DNA of 32,000 nucleotides from Candidatus Saccharimonadota bacterium (lineage in GTDB: Bacteria; Patescibacteriota; Gracilibacteria; Absconditabacterales; Absconditicoccaceae): positions 690,001-722,000 of the forward strand of contig OZ246420.1 of NCBI GenBank assembly GCA_965231145.1, in the 5' to 3' direction. Shown piece after piece: positions 1 through 10,000 of this stretch. A program made the position numbers and the translations under genes. Below the pieces are notes generated by a model, which saw only the letters and a program-made list of their open reading frames with translations, had not been told where the DNA came from and searched no databases. Within the stretch, counting starts at the first letter, position 1. Each line of letters starts with the position of its first letter.

Positions 1-1123
1 AGTTCCCAGCCCACTCGTAACCCTCCTGAGGAACAAAACGTAAGTGATTTCTTTCCATCGTTTCTCTATCTTTTATGGCATCATTATAACTCAACGTCAT
101 GCCTTCAAGTGGTTCTTCTGGTCCATACACATTTTGTGCAGGCATTGGCTTCTCTTCTACTACTGGGAAATCACCTTCTACTGCTTTGATTTTACTCTTT
201 CCATCAGCAGATGTTATGGTTCCACTATTATTCTCATCTTCTACATCCGTATTATTTTCTGGCTGAGCTCATCCTTCGCGCAACTTCGTTGCGTAATTTT
301 CACTATCCTGCCCATCTGCCCATTCGTAATTTTTTACAGGCTTAAGACCAAGATGGTATTTATCCATATTTGGATCTTTAAAGAAATCTTCATAACTCAT
401 AAAAGGCGTATTCATAAGTCTCTTTCCTTTTACCTTCATAGCAATATTTGCCGGATCTGTAGGATCCACAAACTCATACCCATCTTGTGGCATAAACTCG
501 AGATGATTATCTATCATCGCTTGTCTATCTTTAATAGCCTCTTGTGCTGTGACTTTAGGCACTTCTGTTACGACATTCTCTCCTTCTTGTCTTTCTACTT
601 TTCTCCCACTCATGCGAGATACATCCCACTTTGGATCATCAAGTGCAGCTACAATTCTGACGAGAGTAGCTTCTACGTCTGATGTGTCGATAATAGTATC
701 TTCAGGATGAGTAGTGTTCCATACTTTCTGAAATTCTTGTACTCTTTTTCCTGTATCTGATGTACCATACATACCATCGATACCCTTATCAAAGTGACCT
801 CCAAGCTTAGCAAGAGCGAGCTGCATGTTGAATGTAATACCCGCATCTAGATTACTATAGGTAGCTTGCTTTATAGATGGATCATCAATTCCTGCCTTAA
901 GGACATTTTTTACATGATCAACCGTAAGCTCTTTTTCAAGAAGCTCTTTCAACGTCTTACCCGAAAGATTATTCTTTATTTCCTTTTGCAGATCCTGCAA
1001 TTCTCCTTTCGTCTCATAGATTTCCTTATAACTATCTTTAATTTTACTTTCGAGTGAATTGATATCTCCGATTTTTGTAGAGATCGTGTTATCACCGATT
1101 TCATTTTTGATAAGTTCAGTCAT
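1..1123 (-). CDS. Hypothetical secreted/cell-wall-associated protein with peptidoglycan-binding-like motif (3' end runs off window start)
   Basis: ATG at 1121-1123. The standard-code ORF 269..1123 stops at TGA 269-271, but the frame stays free of TAA/TAG down to base 2 when TGA is sense. 'LALAKLGGHFDKGIDGMYGTSDTGKRVQEFQKVW' resembles the PG_binding_1 pattern (LG..DG.FG..T..AV..FQ). Internal duplication: 'AIKDRQAMIDNHLEFMPQDGYEF' / 'AIKDRETMERNHLRFVPQEGYEW'. Confidence 0.6.
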
Positions 1124-1150
1124 GGTAGTGATATAAGATGTATAAAGTGG

Positions 1151-1894
1151 TTATGCGTTTGCTCAGGGATAGAGTTCAAACTTTCTCTGAAATGCTTTCT
1201 GTCTTTTTTCTAAGTTATTTGCTACGGCATCGACTCCATCTTGCAAAGATGCATATTTCCTTGTACTTCCGTCGTCGGTATTACCGACATTTCCAGGATT
1301 ATTGGTTCGTACGGCTTTACCCTTCGTGGCCATCGAGCTATCAAGTGCAATAATGGCAGCAACAGCATATGGATCCACATTATGTTTCTTTGCGGCGGTT
1401 TCTATCATCTGAGTATTAAGTGGCGTGCCTTTAAATCATTTGATGAACTTATTGAGTCATTTTTGTTTCGCAGTTTCATGGATTCATTTTACTTTTGTTC
1501 CATATTTGTCTCATGTAGAGTACGCTCATACAAAGAACTTCTTTCACTGGAAGTGTCATGAATAAAGAACTTGCAGATAGTCAGAGCTGTTTGCTATTCC
1601 CTGTGGATAGAGATACTCATACTTATAGGGTCATCTGTAAGCAGGCTGCGGTGGTGTTTCTATTTTTGGAGCAGCTTTTGCTGCCTGCTTCTCCGGCCCG
1701 CCAGATCAAAAAAATGATTTGAATGCGTTTCCCAGTATATTTGTAAAGTTGGTCACAGTTGCTTTTATCTGATCAATAAATTGCTGCAGTGAATTAAGCT
1801 CACCACGGCTGCCTTTGAGTACTTTGTCTATTTCCTGTTGTTTCTGTTCTTCTTTTGAAAGAGGCTGTTTCTCAGGAGAGTTTTTTGGAGCCAT
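1151..1894 (-). CDS. Hypothetical protein with weak lysozyme/muramidase-like C-terminal region
   Basis: Track ORFs 1706..1894 and 1163..1408 are in one frame. The ~300 nt between them has no TAA/TAG. There are 10 in-frame TGA; the gene ends at TAA 1151-1153. 'KHNVDPYAVAAIIALDSS...NNPGNVGN' is reminiscent of cell-wall hydrolase domains; the family call is weak. Confidence 0.55.
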
Positions 1895-2202
1895 ACAACA
1901 CCATGCACAAAATAAAGTATCTCCAGTATATGGGCTGTTTACCTCAGGAGCAAAAATCTTCGGGCATGTATCATTATAGAAGAGATATTATATTTGACAT
2001 ACAAAAAATAAGTGATATGAGAAGTGATATAAGTATTTGCAATAGCTCTTCTTCTCTCTATACTCACTAGATATAAGCTCCATACGTACAAAGATACGAA
2101 GAAATTAGGTCGTCACGTGATTTCTTAGTCTCTTTGTTGCTATTGGACTTATGTAGTTCATAAAGTAGAAAGTTCTTAAAGCAGAAACAAACAAGGTGTT
2201 TT

Positions 2203-2266
2203 AACTTTATAAACTTTATAAACTTTACGAACCATCCTTAATACTTTTAACTTTATAAACTATTTT
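2203..2266. repeat. AACTTTATA 9-mer repeats directly upstream of pnp
   Basis: Three tandem units at 2203-2229 (AACTTTATA, AACTTTATA, AACTTTACG). A fourth unit at 2249-2257 is followed by degenerate AACTATTTT. The repeats end 2 nt before the pnp ATG. Confidence 0.8.
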
Positions 2267-2268
2267 TA

Positions 2269-4404
2269 ATGCCAACAAGCAAAAAACAATTTACTATCGT
2301 CCAGCACCAGGCTGACTGGCATGGACACTCATTTTCAGTTGAGTCAGGAAAACTTGCAGGACAAGCTGATGGAGCTGTTGTGGTAAAATATGACGACAAT
2401 ATGTTTCTCGTGACAGCAGTCATGAATAAAAATCCTGATGCCAATAAGGATTTTCTTCCACTGACACTCGACTTTAGAGAAAGTTACTCTGCTGCCGGTA
2501 AGATCGGTGGAGGTTCATACCGCAAAAGAGAAGGTAGACCCTCTGATCAGGCCGTACTTACGGGAAGACTTACTGATCGTGCGCTCAGACCTATGTTTCC
2601 AAAAGGTATGATCAACGATACTGTTCTCACGATCACTCCCCTCGCTATCGACCACGAACAAGATCTTGGCGTACTTTCTATCATTGGTTCATCACTGGCA
2701 GTGATGGCCGCAGGCATTCCGTTCGATGGACCGGTAAGCGCAGTAAGAATCGGGTATATCGATGGTAATTTTATCGTGAATCCAACGATTGAACAGATAG
2801 AGAAAGGTGAATTGAATTTGTTAGTTTCAGGAAAAGAAGGATCAATTAATATGATCGAATGTGATGCCGCTGAAGTAAATGAAGAGCTGATCGACAAGGC
2901 TTTTGCGCTCGGACAGGAAGAGATCAATCGTATGTGTAAAGTGCAGGCTGAGTTCCTCGCAAAGTGTACGATAAGCAAAAAAGAAATCGCCTACAATAAG
3001 CCCAGTGATGCACTTATGGCATATGTACAAGGGATTATCACACCAGAAAAATTTGCTGCTATGACAGGAAACAGTAAAGTTCCTTTCAATGAACTTTTCA
3101 ACGAGTATCAGAAAGAAACGCTCACGCTTGCGAAAGAAAAGATCGCTGATACGACCATTGAAGATTTTACGGAGTCGAAAATAAAGATCGCTGTGTTCAA
3201 TGTCATTAAGCACTATATCCGTGATCGTGTACTGCATGAGTCACTCAGAATTGATAACAGGGATAAGCTTACTATCAGGCCACTCTACTGTGAAGCCGGA
3301 CTCCTTCCAAGAGTACATGGTTCCGGTCTTTTCTGGAGAGGAGATACGCAGGTACTTTCAAGTGTAACACTTGGTTCTCCTGGCGATGTGGAGATGCTCG
3401 ACACCATGGAAGAAGACAATATCGAGAAGCGCTATATGCATCACTATAATATGGCACCCTACTCTACTGGCGAAGCGCAAGGAACAAGAGGAACGAACCG
3501 TCGTGAGATTGGTCATGGACGTCTTGCAGAGAAAGCGCTTGAAAGGATGATTCCTGACAAGGTAACATTTCCGTATACTATCAGAGTGGTTTCAGAGTGT
3601 GCGAGTTCAGGAGGTTCAACTTCTATGGGTTCTGTATGTGGTTCAACATTGGCGTTGATGGATGCGGGAGTGCCGCTCAAACAACCGGTAAGTGGTATCG
3701 CCATGGGACTCATGACTGATTCTACAGAAGATGGAAAGATCCTCAAATATACGATCCTCACAGATATCATGGGAACGGAAGACTTTACTGGAGATATGGA
3801 CTTCAAGGTTGCTGGTACAAAAAATGGTATCACTGCTATCCAACTCGATATTAAAATAAAGGGTATCACGCTCGCGATCATCAAAGAGACCATCATGCAA
3901 GCAAATATCGGAAGAAATGAAATCCTTGATTTCATGCTACAGACACTTCCGGAGGCGAGAAAAGAGCTTTCTCCATTTGCTCCAAAAATTGTTTCATTTC
4001 AGATCCCTGCGGACAAGGTTAAAGTGGTTATCGGAAAAGGAGGCGAAACTATCGATGAGATCATCGCTGAAACAGGTGTGAAGATTGACTTTGAAGACGA
4101 TGGAACATGTTTCATCACCAGTCGCGATCAAGCCATGATCGACAAAGCAAAATCTATTATCTTCGATATTGCTGTGGGACCACAGGTCGGCTCAGTAGTA
4201 GAAGGAACTATTGCTCGCGTGGAAGACTACGGCGTATTTGTTGCTCTCAATAAGTTCAAATCAGGTCTTTGTCATGTGAAAAATATGTGACCATGAGTTA
4301 CAGCACAACAGATTCACGCTGGCTACAAGATAGGAGACAAGATAAAAGTAAAAATCATGGAAATCGATAAGGAAGGAAGACTCAATCTGGCAAAAGCTAT
4401 CTAG
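2269..4404 (+). CDS. pnp: Polyribonucleotide nucleotidyltransferase (PNPase)
   Basis: 711 codons. Two RNase PH-like halves ('[25 protein letters not shown]', '[15 protein letters not shown]', 'DFKVAGT'), then KH ('VIGKGGETI') and S1 domains. The track ORF stops at TGA 4288-4290. Reading TGA (4288, 4294) as Gly completes the S1 domain '..[46 protein letters not shown]' to TAG 4402-4404. Confidence 0.97.
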
Positions 4405-4406
4405 CA

Positions 4407-4432
4407 GTTAGATTATAGATGTTAGATTATAG
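4407..4432. repeat. Direct 12-nt repeat GTTAGATTATAG x2 just after the pnp stop
   Basis: 4407-4418 and 4421-4432 are identical, separated by 'at'. Confidence 0.85.
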
Positions 4433-4511
4433 CATAAAAGAAATTCATTTTACTGCTAAAATCTCACTGCTCACAACGGATCACCATTCCTTCTATAAGT
4501 AAAAAGTATCT

Positions 4512-4901
4512 ATGAGAAAAGGAGCATATGCTATTATTATCAATGATGAAAAAGAGATTCTTCTGACCAAAAAGAAGGACGTCTATATTTTGCCATGATG
4601 AAAACATGATGAAGGAGAAGATGACGAAAAGTGTATCAAAAGAGAACTTGGAGAAGAGATATGTATTCCTGAGAACGATATTACGATAGGTCATCATTAT
4701 AAAGACTCCATATGAGCAACTCCTCACTCAAAAACAGAAATACTATGTAAAACCTATTTTGTAACCATTAAAGATGAGAGCGCTGTGAAAGCAGGTAGGG
4801 AAATTAGTGAAGTTTTACGAACACGTGAGTTTCAGAACCATAATCTCTCAGAGATTACTAGAGAGATTATAGAAGCGCTACAAGCTGACACACTGATATA
4901 A
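4512..4901 (+). CDS. Nudix hydrolase
   Basis: Not in the track, because it is broken by TGA. Translation: 'MRKGAYAIIINDEKEILLTKKKDVYILPGGKHDEGEDDEKCIKRELGEEICIP...'. This is a full Nudix box GGx5Ex7REUxEExGU whose GG is encoded TGA TGA (4596-4601). Stop TAA 4899-4901. Confidence 0.9.
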
Positions 4902-4911
4902 GATATGATAG

Positions 4912-4939
4912 AAAAACTCGATAGTAGTATCGAGTTTTT
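4912..4939 (+). terminator. Rho-independent terminator after Nudix gene
   Basis: Hairpin CTCGAT-agtagt-ATCGAG (4917-4934) followed by TTTTT. Confidence 0.7.
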
Positions 4940-5108
4940 AAATTGTTCTAACTCACCGATTTTACCTGAGTCTCCTCTATGCGGTCTATAAATATTTCTC
5001 GGTCGTGAAAGCATGAATAACTCACAGGCTCGTAGTGCTATATCTGACTAGACCTTTTTGGTTACTTTTTAGGGATATGCTAAAAAGTAACGCCCCTCCC
5101 GGCAGGAG
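4940..5108 (+). repeat. Structured intergenic repeat element, copy A (candidate ncRNA or MITE-like element)
   Basis: Homologous to the reverse complement of 19010-19230. The 61-nt core 5048-5108 is near-identical to 19010-19069 and contains a perfect 12-bp hairpin GTTACTTTTTAG-ggatatg-CTAAAAAGTAAC. Further shared blocks: AACTC(A/G)CCGATTTT, (T/C)CTCCTCTA, GTGAAAG, ATGAATAAC. Confidence 0.8.
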
Positions 5109-5131
5109 TGAGAAAGAAATAAAAATGATTT

Positions 5132-5163
5132 AAAAAAAGACACTTGTAATAAGCGTCTTTTTT
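5132..5163. terminator. Bidirectional terminator-like hairpin
   Basis: A-run, then GAC..GTC stem (AAAAAAAGACacttgtaataagcGTCTTTTTT), then T-run. It lies between copy A and the convergent gene ending at 5167. Confidence 0.5.
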
Positions 5164-5166
5164 CAA

Positions 5167-5781
5167 CTATTTCAACTGAATAAGTTCATATTTTCATTCG
5201 TCATACGACACCAATCATTGCTTGTTTCCACACACCACATCGCCTTTGAGCTGAGTAAGTTCCTTACAACGAGCAAAGTCAGAGCTACATGCATGGAGCG
5301 TATCATTTACCTGAAGGAACGCAACCTTACTAAAGCTAAATGCCGCCTGTATCGGCTGTGCAAATGTTTGCTTACCGATAGTATATGTTTCGTGGTCTGT
5401 CGGTATGATCGGCATACATGACGATGAGAATGTCGATTTTACATATGGTTTCGTATCGATATAGCGAACAAACACATCAGTATAGAGCGTATTATTTTCA
5501 TAACAACGTTTCTCTGCGTCTCATGCAAAATGTATATCGTAACATCCTGACTCTATGTTATAGAAGTTAATCTGATGCTCTTGTGGCTCATAGATATTTC
5601 CATCGAAGACAAGCGTATTATCATCAGAGAAGAAGTTCATGCTTACAAAGACATTTTGTGTTACAAAAGATTTCGTATTATTGTCAAATCTGTATCCATA
5701 CACGACAAATAAGAAAATGAAGCTGAGGATAAAGGTCAGCATAGCCAATTTTACAAAAACTCTCAATGGAACACTTATCAT
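5167..5781 (-). CDS. Hypothetical membrane-anchored protein
   Basis: Track ORFs 5521..5781 and 5215..5475 share a frame. Joined across TGA 5521-5523 and 5215-5217 plus one more, ending at TAG 5167-5169. N-terminal TM segment 'VFVKLAMLTFILSFIFLFVVY'. No recognisable family. Confidence 0.6.
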
Positions 5782-5839
5782 CTTATTTCAATGCACTTAA
5801 AACATTAGTACGGACGTAATATACTACGTCCCTACATAT

Positions 5840-6313
5840 CTATTTTACTTCAACAATTTTTACATCATATCTTCCGCTATCTGCCCTTACTCTTACAACA
5901 TCTCCTTTCTGCTTTCCCTTGATAGCAATACCAAGAGGAGAATCAAATGAGATCGTACCAGAAAGAATATCTACTTCTCCACTACCTACGATAGTGTATT
6001 CAAATACTTTTTTACTTTCGACAACTTCAATCTTTACCTTTGATCCATAACGGATTTCATCCGTCTTTGCTTTCCCGTCTGAGATAATCTGTACATCAGC
6101 AAGAAACGCTTCGATTTCTGCAATACGCGCTTCTATAAGCTCTTTCTCTGCAATAGATGTATCATACTCTGAGTTTTCCGAGATATCTCCTTGTCCAATT
6201 GCTTCTTTCAGTCTTGAAAGCGCAGCAGGAAGGTCTTCATTTTTTAGTCTGTGTAACTCAGATACCAGGTTGTCATATCACTCCTTCGTAAGATAATTGG
6301 TATTTTCACTCAT
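5840..6313 (-). CDS. greA: Transcription elongation factor GreA
   Basis: Absent from the track (TGA at codon 12). 'MSENTNYLTKEGYDNLVSELHRLKNEDLPAALSRLKEAIGQGDISENSEYDTSIAEKELIEARIAEIEAFL...IRYGSKVKIEV...ISFDSPLGIAIKGKQKGDVVRV'. This is the GreA coiled-coil plus C-terminal domain pattern. Stop TAG 5840-5842. Confidence 0.9.
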
Positions 6314-6416
6314 ACGATTGTAACGCGTAAACAAAATAAAGCTTTACGGCAAAGCCGGAACTTACTTATGTAGATCGATTATCGATTTTCGAATATACTA
6401 CTTTATAGCACATATA

Positions 6417-6782
6417 TTATCATACTTGCGTAACTCAGCGATTTGCATTTTTTACATCTGCAATCTGTTGTTTCAGATGATCGAATGCATGATTTACGAG
6501 ATCACGTACATTTTCAAATCATCTATCTCCTTCTCTCTTATATGGGGGATAAACTTTCCCGTTTAACGTAAACAAGAATGTCCCATCATATCTTTCATCT
6601 TCTCCTTTGTGTTTTTCGATCGTGATGCGAATAGAGATGCGAGCATCTTCATGCCCCAGAACCTTCTTAAAGTATGCATCCATTTTTTTTGTAATGTTTT
6701 CTAGAACATACCCTCTAATACTTTCTTCAACCAATTCTTTGACTCATTTAAAGTAATACGTTACATCAATTTTTTCGTGCAT
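6417..6782 (-). CDS. Ribosome hibernation/S30AE-family (HPF/RaiA-like) protein
   Basis: 'MHEKIDVTYYFKGVKELVEESIRGYVLENITKKMDAYFKK...ARISIRITIEKHKGEDERYDGTFLFTLNGKVYPPYKREGDRGFENVRDLVNHAFDHLKQQI' fits the short-HPF beta-alpha-beta-beta-beta-alpha pattern. Four in-frame TGA. Stop TAA 6417-6419. Confidence 0.6.
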
Positions 6783-7026
6783 TTTACCATTGGTTATGGG
6801 GTAAAACTTCACTGCGCTGAGTATATCTATTGAAAGAGAAAAAGCAATCACAAAAAGGGTAAAATTCACCATCAATAGGAGACCTCAACCACATCTTTAT
6901 AATGTATTTTCTCTATGTCAATATACACTTCTCTTGCAAAAGAACAAAACTCTTCAAGTTTTTTACTATCCACACAAGTTCACTACAATGAGAGTATTAT
7001 ATTATATTCTTTTTCCATCTATCATC

Positions 7027-10000
7027 ATGAAAATACGCAAACATCACCGAGGGATTGCCCTAAGTTTTATCGCGATCAGTACTCTCTATTATTTCTGAAT
7101 GACAAGTCAGAAATCTTCTGCTGCTATGCTGGACTGTGCATCAGCGATGAGTATTACAGTACCGGTACAGGAGTGTCAGGGACTTGTAGAGCTCTTCAAT
7201 AACATGAATGGAGCTTCATGGACCAACAGTACAAACTGGAATCTTAATATCAATGTTTGTACTTGGTACGGAGTATCCTGTGCATTCCTTGATGGTCAGC
7301 GGCACGTGACCAGACTTTCTTTGGTAAATAACAATCTTTCTGGAAGTGGACTTCCGGCGAATATGTCTGGACTCAGATATATCACCGGTCTCGATTTAAC
7401 AACAAACCCCATAAGAGGAACCCTTCCATCAGAATGGTCAACGTGGACAGGAATACAAAGCTTTGCAATTTCACCAGCATATTCATTTCTCCTCTCAGGA
7501 ACATTACCTTCTTCATGGTCTACATGGACAAAGATCAAATACTTCAAAATTGGTCATGGTAATATCCAAGGTAATCTTCCTAGTTCTTGGTCTACATGGA
7601 CGGGTATACAACATTTTGAAGTAACACAAAATAACCTTACCGGAACATTACCTACTTCATGGTCAACGTGGACGGGTATCCAGCACTTCGGAGTAAGCGA
7701 CAATGACATAGAAGGATCGCTGCCATCAAACCGGTCAGGATGGATCAATATGTCATGATTTATCGCTTCCAACAACCAACTTACCGGCACACTTCCTACC
7801 TCGTGGTCAACGTGGACGAAGATTACTTCATTTGCTATTGATGGTAATCAAATCTCATGACCACTGCCTACAACCTGGTCAACATGGACGAAAATGAAAC
7901 GCTTTGGGGCAGGTAGCAATCAGCTAACAGGAACATTACCATCATCTTGGTCGACATGGACTGGTATCAATGTCTTTGAAGCCGGGAACAATCAGCTTAC
8001 CGGAACGCTTCCTTCTTCGTGGTCAACGTGGAGAAATCTTACATACTTTAGCGTACAAAATAACAAACTTCGTGGAACATTTCCATCAACTTACTCAGCA
8101 TGGAATTCGTTTGATGGACTTATTACTGTTTTCCGTAACAACTTTTTTGAAGGAGATATTCCTGCATCCTGGATAGGCATGACGGGGCTTTCAGCAACCT
8201 TCCTTAATAACAACTGTCTCAATCCCGTACAACCTAATCCTCCTTCAACATTTATCAATAGTAAAGCAGAAATCGGCTGGACAGGCACACAAACACACTG
8301 TGGAACCGATCTCGTTATTACTAAATCAAATAGCGCCTCTACAGGACTTATCGGATGAACATTCAACTATACTATTCACTATCTCAATAGCGGAGAGAAT
8401 GCTGTGACTTGAGCAAGCATCATCGACTACCTCTATTTATCTACAGGAGTTATGTTCGTCAGTTCTACTCCGACATTCACGAGTGAAACCGATGGGATGT
8501 ACTATTGGGATATTGGGACTCTTGAACCAATGCAATCCGGAGATATCGTTATCACTGTATCGTTCTCTGGGGATTATTTCTCTTCTGGAGACACCGTAAC
8601 AAACTATGCTGCTATCGGAGGATGGTATACATATGACCCAAATGAACTAAATAACGAAACCACTACTCCACCGGTCACACTTTTTGCTCCTGGAGCGACA
8701 GCTTCTGATCTCGTCATCAACAAGGTGAACGGAGCAGATACTGGTACTATCGGCGAACCTATTTCATATATTATCTCGTATTTCAATAGTGGAGACGTCA
8801 CTATTACAGGCACAAACATCTCTGACAGTCTACCGGGAGGTTTCAATTTCACAAGTGCATTTCCTGCTCCTACGCTTATTACTGGATCAGAGTTGTTCTG
8901 GGATATCGGAACTCTTACAGCGATGCAAAGTGGCATCATTATCATCACGGGATATGCAAACGAAACACTCGGATCCGGGGATGTTTTAGTAAACATGGCC
9001 GTGATCAATGGAATTCTTGATGACTATGATAACAATAATAATGTCTCTTTCACTTCACCTATCATACTTTTTGGTCCTACTATCTATTCGGATCTTACCA
9101 TCACGAAAGTAAATAATGCCGTAACAGGAACGATCGGTGGACTGATAAGTTATACTATCAATTATACAAACAGCTGAGCACAAACTGCTTCATGAATAAC
9201 TATTACTGATAGTTTACCTTCCGGATTATCTTTTGTTAGCGCGTTCCCAGCTCCTACTATAGCTACGTGATGAGATCTCTTCTGGAGTTTTGCTTCTCTT
9301 ACAGCAATGCAAACAGGCAAGATTATCATCACGGGATACATTGAAAATACTCTTGCTTCCGGAGATAGCATCATCAATACAGCTATCATTGATGGACTTG
9401 TCACTGATACTGCTACAGGAAACAATACTTCTACTACCCCACCCGTAACTGTTGTTGATCCTATTATATTCTCTGATCTCACGATTACTAAATCGAACAA
9501 TGCATCTACTGGCACAGTAGGTAGTCAGTTCAGCTATACGATCAATTATAGAAACAGCGGTGCCACTATGATCACAGGAATATCTATCGTTGATAGCCTT
9601 CCTGCCGGATTGTCCTTTGTCAGTGCTGCGCCAGCACCAACCATAGCTACATGAGGAAATCTCTTCTGGAATATTGGTACGCTGACTGCGATGCAATCAG
9701 GAAGCATTATCGTCACAGGATATCTTGAAAATACATTGTCATCCGGAGACACCATTATCAATACTGCTACTATTGATGGATTTCTTACCGACACTGTTAC
9801 AGGAAATAATTCCTCTACAACTCCTCCGGTAATTATATTTGATACGATAACATATGGGGATCTTAACATAGAAAAGATTGCAAATCAACTGACAGGAACA
9901 GCAGGAAACATCATCTCATATCTTATAAGGTATGTAAACGCAAGCTGAGCTCTTTCTCCTCTCTCTAGCATTACTATATCAGATCTTATTCCTGCAGGAC

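Noticed and set aside
44-682. Long ORFs on the strand opposite to real genes (e.g. 44..682+, 2547..2978-, 3513..3935-, 8604..9008-, 9226..9696-, 13800..14285-, 20489..21106+, 26023..26370+, 27199..27546+).
   Set aside because: They overlap confidently assigned genes, have odd low-complexity or Cys/Phe/Ile-rich composition, and show no motifs. They are shadow ORFs.
6314-6350. A leaderless greA mRNA, from a TACAAT box 3 nt upstream of the ATG.
   Set aside because: There is no acceptable -35 at 16-18 nt spacing, so the claim is too speculative.
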